Origin: a virus
Virus record (IMG/VR): IMGVR_UViG_3300031673_000114
Location: 1-45,262 of that record
Length of the DNA stretch: 45,262 nt
Strand: one strand, 5' to 3'
Part shown: in pieces, positions 24,501 through 34,413 of the stretch
How positions within the stretch are numbered: the stretch's first letter is position 1
Layout of the letters: every line of letters begins with the position of its first letter
Made by a program: the position numbers and the translations under genes
Notes under the pieces: model-generated
Told to the model about the DNA's origin: nothing
Seen by the model: only the letters and a program-made list of their open reading frames with translations
Database searches by the model: none

Positions 24501-25286
24501 TTCAAACTTAGTCAGTATATCTTGCTGTTTTTGTGCAACAGCTTTCAGTTGTTCTTGTGGTTCACCCATTGCTTGGCGTAAACCAGAAGCAACGTTTTGT
24601 ATGGTGGCATCTATTTCCGCTGGATCGACATGGTATTGGTCGTAAATTGACTTTAAGCCTTTCCCTGCGTAGTGGAATGCCGCCAATGTCCCGCCCGTAA
24701 TTACAGCATTCAAAATCGTACTTGAAAGCGTTCTGGCATCTTCTGGAGTCATTCCCTTTGCCATAAATGCTTGATCTAACGTGGGTTGGAACGCTTCCGC
24801 TGCCTTATTGGGAAGATTAAATGCCGCGCTAATAGCGCCCGTTGGGTCAAGATGTTCCGCCAAGGTAATGGGTATTCCACCAAGTAAGAAAGTGGGGGAT
24901 AATTGTAAGGCGCCCATAGAGGCTTGTAGCGTCCCCGTAAACGCCTGTATACTTTGTTGTGGTGTATCGGGCGTATAAGAACCGGGAGGAATTTGTCCCG
25001 AAGCCGACGCCATTGCCATTGGCGCTTGTGCCATACCCTTAAATCCAGCGGCTATTTGTTCGGCTGGCCCCTTAATAAGATTGGTTAAATCTTCCCATAA
25101 CGAGGCAGGACGTTCCGCTGTTTTGTAAATTGCGGGTTGACCCGTCGTAATGTCGGATGATGTCGTGGTGGGTTGAATTGAGTCGCCCACGGGCGGAGTT
25201 TCAAGATTGGGAGTAACCGGTACTAAGTTATTAGGGGAGAACCCCCCCTGTTTAACGGGCACTAATTTTGACGGGTCGAGAGGCAT
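21576..25286 (-). CDS. Large virion-associated protein (internal/ejection or tape-measure-like; function tentative)
   Basis: The largest ORF (1236 aa) and the last gene of the structural block, a position analogous to T7 gp16. I could not read a catalytic motif. Confidence 0.55.
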   Translation of the reverse strand: MPLDPSKLVPVKQGGFSPNNLVPVTPNLETPPVGDSIQPTTTSSDITTGQPAIYKTAERPASLWEDLTNLIKGPAEQIAAGFKGMAQAPMAMASASGQIPPGSYTPDTPQQSIQAFTGTLQASMGALQLSPTFLLGGIPITLAEHLDPTGAISAAFNLPNKAAEAFQPTLDQAFMAKGMTPEDARTLSSTILNAVITGGTLAAFHYAGKGLKSIYDQYHVDPAEIDATIQNVASGLRQAMGEPQEQLKAVAQKQQDILTKFESTLQTTEIPTFQQPSKGELEAGAKSGSTQAVEFGKTMNDAQREAIRTRQEQNKAAFEALKDPATKKVPKSKFKEAAQLAQKIAWDSEVLRASVEANPLPKAKKPTAPETDAEFAEKVVKAKKQKPTPIPALKTPGFWGQFKNSLIRNAGMDVTPIMTTIRPLTALADRMLSGTQVEVGRMSDWMRKQADPNRLDFLFHINRGAIEPKDFNDLAVKTGTNAQWLSDQAKAWKTIADAQYASEQANGVKYGYRENYVPGLFKNPVQAEQFLSRMRKMGSEKWFEKHRYFDDLEEALKNNQLKTTDPWELLWHRVDAGNKAIIEHQLTDECLRTGIFHKISNKAAIPEGWAEAPISKDVAGAGKRVIAPIEATKTLSAFMSRGLYGNNSPWGTGFRKWMHMKSFVTVMKIGASAFHGFTTGIEATDTQILHGLHNMWTMGIMEKDPTRVWQGMKDIIEAPIAAVTHNTKGKDLIYAYYHPSEATLSQQAALKTLDMMGFSPGVSSIERLSMRATGEKFFPEYWRNIKQSFGESVSDLVGPNWKTRGTGAERLIGTIAESVGYPLMEVHIPRIKTYAALLRAADWMEAHPGASEGEMRIGLSRIADDLDNRFGEIRYKNLFMQRYMKDALTGMTLSYGWSFGTLRWGAGAIADIPKAIATREMTERQMTALIEPLTVMTIGALTTYFMTGKGPQQWLDYFYPPNGRTRPDGSPDRISIPGQHKEFFALANATMGAGGMEKRGIFGPTMGLADYAGSKLTPLLTTGIDILKNSDYSQREIYSPYSPAHKQVWDAAAFGLGNTLLPISVESYLREKSFGAKGAALVSFLGASPAPGYVTRSKIQNQIFTIADTRNSGVRSKETAEAQSTKSRIRQMIREGNMEQARQSIAEAVQNGTISPNGVSAFVSHSGFHSDALALMGLQADDQLNLATQMNPQELAKYWLFLKAPVRAKIMQGGFTKDADTFLKLAQSGKLKLGDR

Positions 25287-26350
25287 TATTGTTCCTCAAA
25301 AGATTTCGGGTCGTTTGGGTCGCCTCCTCTATACTTGTATAGTTTGCCACTGGAGGGGTCTTTATAGACCTGCCCCACAGTGAATTTGCCAGAAGTATTA
25401 GTGGTGTCAGAAGAGCCACCAGCCGGAGCCGAAGCACCGCCTTGTTGTGGAGCTGTCCACGTTCCCCCAATTTCGCGATTCCAGCTCTCTAAGGCGCGAT
25501 TATTTGCGTCGATTAATGCCTTCAGGGTAGCCGCATCAGGTATAGTGCCACCAGCGGGTATATTAAGACCAGCAACCTTTACAGTGGCCAGTGTGGATTG
25601 TCCAGCCTTAGCAGCAAGTTGACCAAGCGTAATATTATCCGCTGTTACCTGTTTGATTTTTTGGATGGTAGCAGCTTTACTTGCCGGGCTTAACCCCTTG
25701 GAAGCTGGGGGTTTATCTATCCTTTGCTGACCCTGCGTTTCCATAACCGCGTCATGCCGTTTGCGCTCTTCTAAAGATGCCCCTTCTTGTAAACGAAGCA
25801 TAATCGTGCCAACCCCACGATTGAAGTTATTCAGCAATTGGTCGGTCATAGAATACACTTGTGGGTCATATTGTCCCGTCTGTTGCAGTGCCGCACTCTG
25901 AGCTTTCAAGGATTGCAAAGATGCTATCAGGCTACCAAGACCCGCCATCTGATAAAGGCGCTTCATATCGGGGTTGGCCTGTTCGCCCTCCGTGGTCATC
26001 TGTTGAATTTGCGCTCCAATATTATCGGTAGCGGCCTTAGCAAGAGCCATATTCGATCGATACGCTTGGAGGGTATTCATTGTCCCCATTGCCTCTTGGG
26101 TAATCTGGTTAGCGTCGGGAAACGGTACGGAAGCCTGCGCTCCCATTATACCACTCATAGCTTGTGTAAAGGGCTGATCAGCCTGTGCTACGGGAGTCTT
26201 TGAGATAAAATCTTGTAATGCACCAACAGTCTGATTAGCTATCTGCTTGCGGGCATGAAGTTCCTGTATCCCCTGCATCATCTGCGAGAACTCCCCCATA
26301 TTCTTACCCGCTAAACCGGCCTTTTCTAAACTATCAAATATTCCCGGCAT
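25286..26350 (-). CDS. Gln/Ala/Met-rich virion protein (internal protein candidate)
   Basis: 354-aa low-complexity helical sequence, position analogous to podovirus internal proteins. Confidence 0.5.
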   Translation of the reverse strand: MPGIFDSLEKAGLAGKNMGEFSQMMQGIQELHARKQIANQTVGALQDFISKTPVAQADQPFTQAMSGIMGAQASVPFPDANQITQEAMGTMNTLQAYRSNMALAKAATDNIGAQIQQMTTEGEQANPDMKRLYQMAGLGSLIASLQSLKAQSAALQQTGQYDPQVYSMTDQLLNNFNRGVGTIMLRLQEGASLEERKRHDAVMETQGQQRIDKPPASKGLSPASKAATIQKIKQVTADNITLGQLAAKAGQSTLATVKVAGLNIPAGGTIPDAATLKALIDANNRALESWNREIGGTWTAPQQGGASAPAGGSSDTTNTSGKFTVGQVYKDPSSGKLYKYRGGDPNDPKSFEEQ

Positions 26351-26360
26351 TTAGTTCTCC

Positions 26361-26987
26361 TTATAGAAATGGTGCAATTTGAAGTCCCGCCTGAAACAAT
26401 CCAAGCATATTCTGAAATGGGGAATTCTGACTCATAGCCTTACTTTGCATTAGCTTAAAATTGGTGCTCTGCTGTATGGCGTTCATTACCATTTGCATGG
26501 CATTGAAATTACTTTGGTCGGCCATCTGAAGTACATCCAACTCCTTACCCTGACGAGCTACATCCAGAGGAGTTCGCGCTTGTGATACCTGTGCCTCTAA
26601 GGGCGTACCAGCAATACCAGAAGCCATCCCACGCTGTACTACTCCACCCGTGGCCCCGGCTACCTGATTAGCATAGGTTGCATTTAAAGCTTGCGATAAC
26701 ATTGTGGGATTGAGTGGTTGATATCCATATTGTGCAAGGCTCCCAACGTTGGTTATATTAGCCCACGGATTTTGCATCCCAAGAATATTCTGTTCAGCGG
26801 GCGATTGAAAGGGATTTCCACCCTGACTGGCCCACGAACCAAATCCACCAAGCAGCCCTAAAGCTGCAGACCATTGAGTGCCACTGTTAAAACCGTTACT
26901 ACCATAGTTACCAGTAGCTATGGGGGAGACTCCTGGGTTGGTGGGTATCTGATAGTTTCCTGTCGTAAATCCCGCACCGTAGGGCAT
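26361..26987 (-). CDS. Gly/Gln/Asn-rich virion protein (internal protein candidate)
   Basis: 208-aa low-complexity sequence lying between the 1015-aa and 354-aa genes. Confidence 0.5.
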   Translation of the reverse strand: MPYGAGFTTGNYQIPTNPGVSPIATGNYGSNGFNSGTQWSAALGLLGGFGSWASQGGNPFQSPAEQNILGMQNPWANITNVGSLAQYGYQPLNPTMLSQALNATYANQVAGATGGVVQRGMASGIAGTPLEAQVSQARTPLDVARQGKELDVLQMADQSNFNAMQMVMNAIQQSTNFKLMQSKAMSQNSPFQNMLGLFQAGLQIAPFL

Positions 26988-26995
26988 ATTCTACC

Positions 26996-29900
26996 TCAAA
27001 GGTTTATTGTATCTTTACCAAGCAGCGACTTGAAAATCGCCCGTTTAAACACTACTGGACTTGTTAATGTCCCAATTGCACCGCTAAATATAAGCTGAAT
27101 TGTCTTATGACGCAAACGTGGCATTCTGAAGTTCTTTCGCACCTGCCCAATACCAGAAATAGTTGTTTGTGCTATCCCATCTAAGTAGGGCGTAACTGAC
27201 CATGTTCCATCAGTCGCATCTATTTCCAGTTCAAGCATAGATAGAATTTTGTTATTCGCGGGCTGATTATAGTCCAAAATTGGCGTCGTAAACGTTGTCG
27301 TGGAGGTGGTGTATTGCGTCTGACTCATCGTAACCAATTGATTGCTGGTATCATAGCCATTTGCTATGCCTGTCACGGGGTCAACGAACAGCTCCACTAT
27401 TTGCGCAGTTCCGTGTGGAATAGTAAATTTCGAGAATGTCTTTCGCGTATGAGAATACCGAATAACCGTCAATGGACTTGTCGCCAAAGTAGACTGAAAA
27501 ATATAGGTGCTATTTTGGTTTGGATTATAGAATACAGCGGCAGTTCCAAGAGCTAAATAAGACGTTCGGACGTATTCCCGCAAACTGGTACTGCTCTTTA
27601 GATCGGTAATCAGAAGGTCGGTTCCAGCGACCATAATGCCCTGTGGTGTAATGGCTATACTAAAGCGCCCCAATCCTCCTACGGAGACTTTTCCCAAGGG
27701 GGAAAACGTGGCAACATCAAGTCCGTAGATTTGATTATTATCCCATACTAAAAGCGTTGTTCCATCGTTGGATAACAGAAGTCCAATAGGGTTGTAGCGT
27801 TCGGACAGTATCTGAACCACCGCCTCTTGCGGGAAAAAATCAATAAACTGTGCGATTCCAATAGCCGAAAATGTCAGATACAAGTTCGATTTTCGCACCG
27901 CAAAACACCGTCCAGGTGAAAAAGCAAAGGAGGTAAACACATCCTGCTGTTGGTATTTGTTGGTCACGAAGCCACTTGGAACCAAATCGGTTGGTGCTGT
28001 CCAAATTACCGTTACGTTATCGGGAACTCCCGACATTGTAAATGCGGTATCAGAATCTATGTTTTGAAGAACTATTTGATAACCAAGATTTCCCGCCAAA
28101 GAAGGCGAACCGCTCACATTAACATTGGGTGTCAAAAGCGAAACATCATAGGGGAAATTGACTTTCGCTGAGGGTGTAACGGTCTTACCCCCCCACAATT
28201 CAATGCCAAATATAGAGCCTCCTCCCACCGTTGCCGAAGGGCCCGTTACTGTTTGTAAATTGCTAACATCCTTCGGTGGTGTGGCGGGCATACCCTCATT
28301 GGCATTATACAGGAAAAACGTATAGTCAAATGTGTAAAATTTAGGAACCCTGCATATACCCCCCTGTGCGTAATCGTAGGGTTTAAAGGTATGCTTATTT
28401 ACGTTGAGAATTGCCGTTCGGCTTGTCAGGTCAATCTCATCATAAAGAAAATAGGCATTGGGGTCAGTAGGCTGAGAATTATAAGTGAAAACGGGCGGCG
28501 AAATATAAGGCACTATCCCGGTATTTCCAATGGCAGGTTCGGTGAGTGTACTAAAGTTGGGGGTCGTCAAATTAACGTAAACTCGCATGAATTTAACACG
28601 CGGATTCATTAGAGCACGATCTATTTGCAATTTGAAATTGGCGGTAGCATAAGTCCCGACCGCATTCCCACTTCCATTATCTAAATTATAATAGCCAAAT
28701 GGTGTCCAGTTATAAAATGTACCGGTCGATAGATCGGTAGTCATATTGTAGGGTAAGAACTCCTGTCCATCATCGGTAACGAACGTTACCAGAAGCGCTG
28801 CAGCATATACCGAATTGCCTGTCAAAGCATTTGTCAACGGAGAACCAACAATACTACGTGCCCCAATGTAAACCATACCTCCCGTATTTTGATAGTCCAA
28901 ATCCAAGGGAAGTGTCCCGTTTACCTGAAGTGGGGTATTAGTAGGTTGAATATTATTAATAGCGGGAATTGGGGAACCCGTTGCCGCTGTTCCATCTACC
29001 GTATAATAAATTTGGTCGTTTACACTTAGCTTGGTGCTATCAATGAACTTCTTATAGACATCATAGGCATGGAGGGGTAGAATCTCTTTATCGTCAAATG
29101 TAAAAATCCCCTTATTAGAATAAGGAAGAGCCGTCATCGTGGAATTAATGGAAGTCGCCGTATTTAAGCAGTATAAGCGTATTCCACTTGAAGATTCGCC
29201 AACCATTACATTCTGAACACTTGTATCGGAGGCAAGATTTTGCTGTTTGAAATGATTGGGATTAGTGTTAGAGGCCCCATATAAATTGAAGGTACGCATT
29301 CCCGTAGATGTCCAAGGCCCCGTTCCTGTTACTCCAGTAAAAGCGCGTATTGTACCCTCGCATAGCAAGTTGACAACATAACTATTTGAGACATTGAGTA
29401 CCTCCGCCAGTATAACCACACTTTTATAGCGCCCATCTGTAGATTCCAGATAGGTGGCTTGTAAAATATTCGTTAATTCTGTAGGGTTGTTTTCACTGAT
29501 AAACGTAACTACAAAATAGTTATGCCATACATCTTGTATGAAATCGGAAATCAGATGCTGGTAAGAGATACTTGTAAGATACGCTTTTAGACCAGAACCC
29601 AATGCCCCCGAATAGGGATATTGTGTTCCATTTACGGTTGAAACGGAATAACTCGTTTCATCGAAAAAGGGTGTGGCGATAGTTAGTGTAGTCGAGACCT
29701 TATTACTGACAGTAGGAGTAAGAGCAGCGAATTCTGCCACATTTGTGCTTCCGTTACCATAGAGTAGTTTGGGCACTCCGCCAGTGGTAGCAACAAATAT
29801 CTCATTGCCCTTCGATGTTTTGAAATACTTGAGGACACTGTAACCGGCAGGGAGCCGACTAAAGGCAGCAGAACCCCATGCTCTGCTTGTCGTAATACCA

Positions 29901-30043
29901 CCAAGATTCAAATCGAAAGAGGCGTTAGATACCGCCATGACCCCCTTGAAGTCGGTGGTATTCTTGATGTTTTCCATAAGACCATTAGAAAAATCCGAAA
30001 AATCGGCCTCAACAGGAGTTATTTTAAGGGGTTGGGATGCCAT
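26996..30043 (-). CDS. Large tail structural protein (tail tubular B/nozzle-like by size and order; tentative)
   Basis: 1015-aa beta-rich sequence preceded by a roughly 200-aa gene, as in the T7 gp11/gp12 arrangement. Confidence 0.5.
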   Translation of the reverse strand: MASQPLKITPVEADFSDFSNGLMENIKNTTDFKGVMAVSNASFDLNLGGITTSRAWGSAAFSRLPAGYSVLKYFKTSKGNEIFVATTGGVPKLLYGNGSTNVAEFAALTPTVSNKVSTTLTIATPFFDETSYSVSTVNGTQYPYSGALGSGLKAYLTSISYQHLISDFIQDVWHNYFVVTFISENNPTELTNILQATYLESTDGRYKSVVILAEVLNVSNSYVVNLLCEGTIRAFTGVTGTGPWTSTGMRTFNLYGASNTNPNHFKQQNLASDTSVQNVMVGESSSGIRLYCLNTATSINSTMTALPYSNKGIFTFDDKEILPLHAYDVYKKFIDSTKLSVNDQIYYTVDGTAATGSPIPAINNIQPTNTPLQVNGTLPLDLDYQNTGGMVYIGARSIVGSPLTNALTGNSVYAAALLVTFVTDDGQEFLPYNMTTDLSTGTFYNWTPFGYYNLDNGSGNAVGTYATANFKLQIDRALMNPRVKFMRVYVNLTTPNFSTLTEPAIGNTGIVPYISPPVFTYNSQPTDPNAYFLYDEIDLTSRTAILNVNKHTFKPYDYAQGGICRVPKFYTFDYTFFLYNANEGMPATPPKDVSNLQTVTGPSATVGGGSIFGIELWGGKTVTPSAKVNFPYDVSLLTPNVNVSGSPSLAGNLGYQIVLQNIDSDTAFTMSGVPDNVTVIWTAPTDLVPSGFVTNKYQQQDVFTSFAFSPGRCFAVRKSNLYLTFSAIGIAQFIDFFPQEAVVQILSERYNPIGLLLSNDGTTLLVWDNNQIYGLDVATFSPLGKVSVGGLGRFSIAITPQGIMVAGTDLLITDLKSSTSLREYVRTSYLALGTAAVFYNPNQNSTYIFQSTLATSPLTVIRYSHTRKTFSKFTIPHGTAQIVELFVDPVTGIANGYDTSNQLVTMSQTQYTTSTTTFTTPILDYNQPANNKILSMLELEIDATDGTWSVTPYLDGIAQTTISGIGQVRKNFRMPRLRHKTIQLIFSGAIGTLTSPVVFKRAIFKSLLGKDTINL

Positions 30044-30680
30044 TCGGATTACTCGTTAAGTTTGCCATAGTTGTCCATCCACGGAAGAAATCAAATTTCT
30101 GCATATCCTGCATTATCCCGGTAATCGTTGCTTGAATCCGCTGCATTTTATCTGCCGATGAACGGAATAGCTCCTGCGTAAGAAGTCGGAACTCTAAATA
30201 GAGAACCATCGCTTCATCAAGCTCGGTGGAAAGGGATGTCGCGGTAGAATCGGCTAAAAGAACATTTCCTTTGGGAATCCACTGCACAACAACATTTAGG
30301 GATATTGTGGAAGTAATGCCAGCCCAATAGACTTTCTTGGTTGTAGAAGCGAAATTCCAAGCATATACCGGATAAGGAAATGAGGTAAGTCCACCGAGCA
30401 AAAGAATTTCCGGTACTTCCACGAGCAAACCACCCGCCTGACTTACAAAGAGAATCTTATTTAGGGATTGACCCGTAGGATCACTAATGGTAGCACTACC
30501 GGCCCCCACTGTTGGGGCTTGCGTCACGGAAGTAACCAATCCGCCGGATAATTGTGCTACGGTGCGATATGCATCATTAGCATGAATGATAATTTCATTC
30601 AAGGCAACACCCTGCCCAAGTCCCGCCGAGGTAAGTAGCCTTGAAATCCTTGCTATAATTTCTCCAAGTGTCATTGACAT
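30024..30680 (-). CDS. Tail structural protein (tubular A/adaptor-like; tentative)
   Basis: 218 aa, overlapping the 1015-aa gene by 20 nt. Confidence 0.45.
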   Translation of the reverse strand: MSMTLGEIIARISRLLTSAGLGQGVALNEIIIHANDAYRTVAQLSGGLVTSVTQAPTVGAGSATISDPTGQSLNKILFVSQAGGLLVEVPEILLLGGLTSFPYPVYAWNFASTTKKVYWAGITSTISLNVVVQWIPKGNVLLADSTATSLSTELDEAMVLYLEFRLLTQELFRSSADKMQRIQATITGIMQDMQKFDFFRGWTTMANLTSNPNGIPTP

Positions 30681-30689
30681 AGTGTTCTC

Positions 30690-31295
30690 CTAAATGGTAT
30701 TAGCTTCCATTTGCGTTAAGTATTGTTGGGCTCCCCGTAAAATGGTCGTCCGTAAATTAGAGTAGACATCAAAGGCCATATCGGCAGTAGCTCCATTAGT
30801 CATAGGAGCCCACGTCGCGTAACGCACGGATAGTGTGTTTGTTCCCGTTGCATCGGCTACCGTCGAAGCCGTCCATATACCCGTAAGACCTTGATAAATA
30901 AAAAGTACATCCCCACCCCGTATGCTACTAAGAAAATCGGTGTTGGGTAAAGAATAGCGAATCGGAACATTTTGAATATAGCTATTCAGAGAACTTTGGT
31001 ATGTAGCATCAAGTACGGTAAACGGTGCATTGGACGAGGTAAGATTGATTGTTATAATGCCCGTTCCCGTCCCACTTACCTGCGTACCAAACATGCCAAT
31101 CATATCTTGGTTCTTGGCTTCAATAGCAGAAAGTAGAATCGAGTCGATAGCAAAATTTAGGGCATCGTCACGCATAATCGAAGTATACCGCACGCCATCA
31201 GTTGAAGCGACTACAGCTATATCTCCAGAAGTCTTGTTGTCTAAGACCATCGAGGCAAGTTGCACGTTCAAACTATCCCAATTTGGAGAAGACAT
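30690..31295 (-). CDS. Virion structural protein (201 aa)
   Basis: ORF track. Tightly packed within the structural operon. Confidence 0.55.
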   Translation of the reverse strand: MSSPNWDSLNVQLASMVLDNKTSGDIAVVASTDGVRYTSIMRDDALNFAIDSILLSAIEAKNQDMIGMFGTQVSGTGTGIITINLTSSNAPFTVLDATYQSSLNSYIQNVPIRYSLPNTDFLSSIRGGDVLFIYQGLTGIWTASTVADATGTNTLSVRYATWAPMTNGATADMAFDVYSNLRTTILRGAQQYLTQMEANTI

Positions 31296-32026
31296 TAGAA
31301 GTACGGACTACCTTTCTGGGGCAATTTAACCCGATTAGAATCTCCAACACCATTCATTAGGTCTTTATAAACCTGTATGGAATTTGTTGCTTGTATCATA
31401 TCTATTTCGGACGCTTTCACGTCTACATAACTTCTATCGTAATAACCATGAAGGATGAGATCGGAAGCCGCCTTGTATTTCATTGCGGCCCCCAGAATGC
31501 GTGGAAGATACAATCCACCATCAAGTACCAATTTCTGACTTCCAATATATCGCACCGTATATACCCGACCCGACGAAAGGGGATAAATTAGAATCTGGTT
31601 AGGAGCCAGTATTGTGTAGGTATCGCTACCTAAAATCGAGCTAAGACTCTGTATTACCGTTGCTTTCCACGCTTGATAATCGTCATAGGACATGTAGGGC
31701 ATTTGATTATTGGATTCCAGTGTTAATTCCGAAGTAACCCACTGTTGACCCTGTATGTAGACTCCGCGGACAGCAAGTGCCTCAAAGGGTAATTGCCATG
31801 CCTCCGTAATACCATCTCCAGTAATTACAAAAAGCATATCGAACGGTTGCGTCTGCGCCACAACCCAATCGTAGGCATCCTGTAGCCTTTCCAAAAGGAA
31901 ATCGTCCTTAACCAGTATCTTGTAGTCTAAATCGTGGGTAAGAAGACGTGTGCCCTTAATGATGTCCGAAATGTTCGTGTAGCTACTATTGGGAGTAAGC
32001 GTAGTTCCAGTAACCGTAAAGCTCAT
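31295..32026 (-). CDS. Virion structural protein (243 aa)
   Basis: ORF track with start/stop overlaps on both sides. Confidence 0.55.
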   Translation of the reverse strand: MSFTVTGTTLTPNSSYTNISDIIKGTRLLTHDLDYKILVKDDFLLERLQDAYDWVVAQTQPFDMLFVITGDGITEAWQLPFEALAVRGVYIQGQQWVTSELTLESNNQMPYMSYDDYQAWKATVIQSLSSILGSDTYTILAPNQILIYPLSSGRVYTVRYIGSQKLVLDGGLYLPRILGAAMKYKAASDLILHGYYDRSYVDVKASEIDMIQATNSIQVYKDLMNGVGDSNRVKLPQKGSPYF

Positions 32027-32355
32027 TGTAGCACCGTATAAATAAGATTAGCTTCCCTAACTATTGTGCCGGTTGGATTTTGACATTGCAACTGGAGTCG
32101 AAACTGGCCCGTATACGGTGTATCGTTTGCCGTATTCCATATCGTGGAAATTGTGGCTATATTCGCAGTAATTGTTGCCGCACCCGTTACCACTATCCCT
32201 ACCGCCGTAGGGGTCGCTAAATCAAATCTGGTTAGCGATATCACGGTGTTTGTGTCGCCAACGTTTAAATCGAGAAACTGCACCAATTGGGGCACTCGTT
32301 CGCTAACCGAAATTGGGGTTACTATGAAACCGTTTACATAACCATTCAAGGTCAA
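32023..32355 (-). CDS. Hypothetical structural protein (110 aa, Ig-like by composition)
   Basis: ORF track, with an ATGA overlap with the Kelch gene. Confidence 0.5.
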   Translation of the reverse strand: MTLNGYVNGFIVTPISVSERVPQLVQFLDLNVGDTNTVISLTRFDLATPTAVGIVVTGAATITANIATISTIWNTANDTPYTGQFRLQLQCQNPTGTIVREANLIYTVLQ

Positions 32356-33632
32356 ATCTTCTCCTTCCTAACCTGAAATATACTCTTTACGGACGAAACT
32401 CGCAAGAGTAAGGTTCGTGGAATAACGGCTTGCGCGAGTTGGGGTATAATGATCTCTGTTAATTGGACAATCTTATAATTGGGTATTAACACAATGGTAA
32501 AATGCCATATTAACGACCAGTTGCTCGACCCCATACTGTTGCTTGACTTTACCCGCCAATAGTACGGAGTGCCCAGAATCAATCCACTAATGAGCTGCGA
32601 CGTACCAGGCGTCAGCACGTCGTCCACGATGTCAGTAAAGCCTGCATCAGTCGCCACCTGAAGTTCGTAGCTTGTTGCGTTCGCGGCGGCGTCCCATTCG
32701 CACGTCACATCGCCACTCGCAGGATTAGAGCCATTCGCCGGTAAGAAGAGCACTGGTATTGCTGATGGATTCTCGGAATACTCCATCAGGGACGCAGTGG
32801 CCACTCCGCCAACAGCCGCACCGACCAGATAAACCGGTGGATTGGCCCCCTGTCCCGTCGCGTATCCTCCTTGCCCCAGCGGCGATCCAAATGCCAACGG
32901 CAACGAGTCAGATGCCGCCCATGAACCGGTGGACACGGTATAGACGTAGTGTAAATTGATCGCGGCTGTGCTGCCAACCCACCCGCCCATGATATGGAAG
33001 TTCCCGTCAAAGGCACTCGAGGCTCCCGCGATTTTTGCAAGAGGCGCCACGGCTCCGCCAGAGTAGCTATTCGTCGCAAGAGAAAACACCGCGGTGGTAT
33101 TGGACGCCGTCGTGAAGTTGTTCCATCCTCCTCCTGTCAAATAGATACTGCCTGCTATGTACTCCGCGTAAACAAAAGCCAGGGATGAAAGGTCACTGTT
33201 TAAGTTTGTCCAACTATTACTACCCGGGTCGAACCGACGCAACGAATTTGTATAGTAGCCTGCCTGATAACCGGCCACTGAAAACATGTACGTTCCGTCA
33301 GTGGTTGCCGTCTCCCAGTAGGTATTCGAACCCGACACCATCAACGCCAGTTTTGTCGCAGTATTAGTCGCGGGGTCATAGACTGCCGCACAAGTAGCTA
33401 AAGCAATACCATCAATCCAATACATCTTCCCACCTATGATGGCGCTGCCGATATTACCGGCGGTCATTGTGGTCAGCAGATTCTGCGTCCACAGTCCAGT
33501 GGCCGGATTATAGGAGCATATCCAATAAGCAGAGCTTATTTGACAAAATCCGTACAGGATTCCACCGATTACACCCGCCGAGCTCCATTGGCTTCCTGGA
33601 GGAGCGGTGCGCGTCTTCCAGTTATAAGCCAT
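32352..33632 (-). CDS. Kelch-repeat beta-propeller plus FN3 domain protein (receptor-binding candidate)
   Basis: Repeated G(G/S)x(M/I)Y..GG....YDP.T..W units. The C-terminal FN3-like segment is ATSYELQVATDAGFTDIV...GTPYYWRVKSSNSMGSSNWS. The gene body is markedly GC-rich. Confidence 0.65.
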   Translation of the reverse strand: MAYNWKTRTAPPGSQWSSAGVIGGILYGFCQISSAYWICSYNPATGLWTQNLLTTMTAGNIGSAIIGGKMYWIDGIALATCAAVYDPATNTATKLALMVSGSNTYWETATTDGTYMFSVAGYQAGYYTNSLRRFDPGSNSWTNLNSDLSSLAFVYAEYIAGSIYLTGGGWNNFTTASNTTAVFSLATNSYSGGAVAPLAKIAGASSAFDGNFHIMGGWVGSTAAINLHYVYTVSTGSWAASDSLPLAFGSPLGQGGYATGQGANPPVYLVGAAVGGVATASLMEYSENPSAIPVLFLPANGSNPASGDVTCEWDAAANATSYELQVATDAGFTDIVDDVLTPGTSQLISGLILGTPYYWRVKSSNSMGSSNWSLIWHFTIVLIPNYKIVQLTEIIIPQLAQAVIPRTLLLRVSSVKSIFQVRKEKI

Positions 33633-34065
33633 AGCTCGCTTCTTTTGCCAACCTCAGGATTTCAGCGTCGGCAAGACCCTGCGCCCGATCTTCTATCAAC
33701 CTCTGAATGTGGGAGGAGGAATTCTTGGGGTCAGCGTCAGCATCCGTGAAATGCCGGAATCCGGCTGCATACGGACTGTGCATCTGAACTGCGGACAATT
33801 CTCCGTCGACATAAATCAAGACAATCTTAGCTTCGTCGGGGAGGTATGAGACACCTGGCTGCGCGAGCCATACACTGCCGGGGACGTTATTGATCACCAT
33901 GCCCTTTACGAGATCCACCTTCGTGAAGAGGTCAATCCGTATCCGGTCACGATGTTTCTGCTGAATTCCGGCCTGATCGATCTTTCCGTAAATCGTGTTA
34001 ACTTGCTCCGATGTCAGATTCACTCCAGCATCTGTGAGCGCCTCTGCAAGTTGTGTCTTGTTCAT
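33622..34065 (-). CDS. Hypothetical protein (147 aa) in the GC-rich module
   Basis: ORF track. Confidence 0.55.
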   Translation of the reverse strand: MNKTQLAEALTDAGVNLTSEQVNTIYGKIDQAGIQQKHRDRIRIDLFTKVDLVKGMVINNVPGSVWLAQPGVSYLPDEAKIVLIYVDGELSAVQMHSPYAAGFRHFTDADADPKNSSSHIQRLIEDRAQGLADAEILRLAKEASYGL

Positions 34066-34083
34066 ACCGTTCCTCCATTTGAG

Positions 34084-34377
34084 TCAAACAAAATTCAGTA
34101 ATATCGTTAATCGGTCGGCTGTCGCCACGGCTCCATTATTGAGTGCAGCGTAGAAGTCGTTAAACGTTGTGAATAACGCTCTCATATCGGTCACTTCCTG
34201 CAACGTAGAAGCTCCAATCAGGGTCTGCACCTGCGCGTCGGTCATGTTATACCAGGCCGCGTATTGTTTTTTGTAGTCGTCGTAGGCCTTCATGATTGCG
34301 GCGGTCAGCGCGGCTGCATCCTGTTGCGCTCTGTACAGCCAGTCGTTTTCTGTCATTGTGCCGCTGTAGTTTGCCAT
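34084..34377 (-). CDS. Hypothetical protein (97 aa) in the GC-rich module
   Basis: ORF track. Confidence 0.55.
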   Translation of the reverse strand: MANYSGTMTENDWLYRAQQDAAALTAAIMKAYDDYKKQYAAWYNMTDAQVQTLIGASTLQEVTDMRALFTTFNDFYAALNNGAVATADRLTILLNFV

Positions 34378-34413
34378 TGTAGCTCTCCGTTATTTTGGTT
34401 GATGGTTAATGGT

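Noticed and set aside
25796-25811. Minus-strand TGGCACGATTATGCTT resembling a sigma-54 element
   Set aside because: The GG-to-GC spacing is 9 nt, not 10, and it lies inside the coding sequence 25286..26350.
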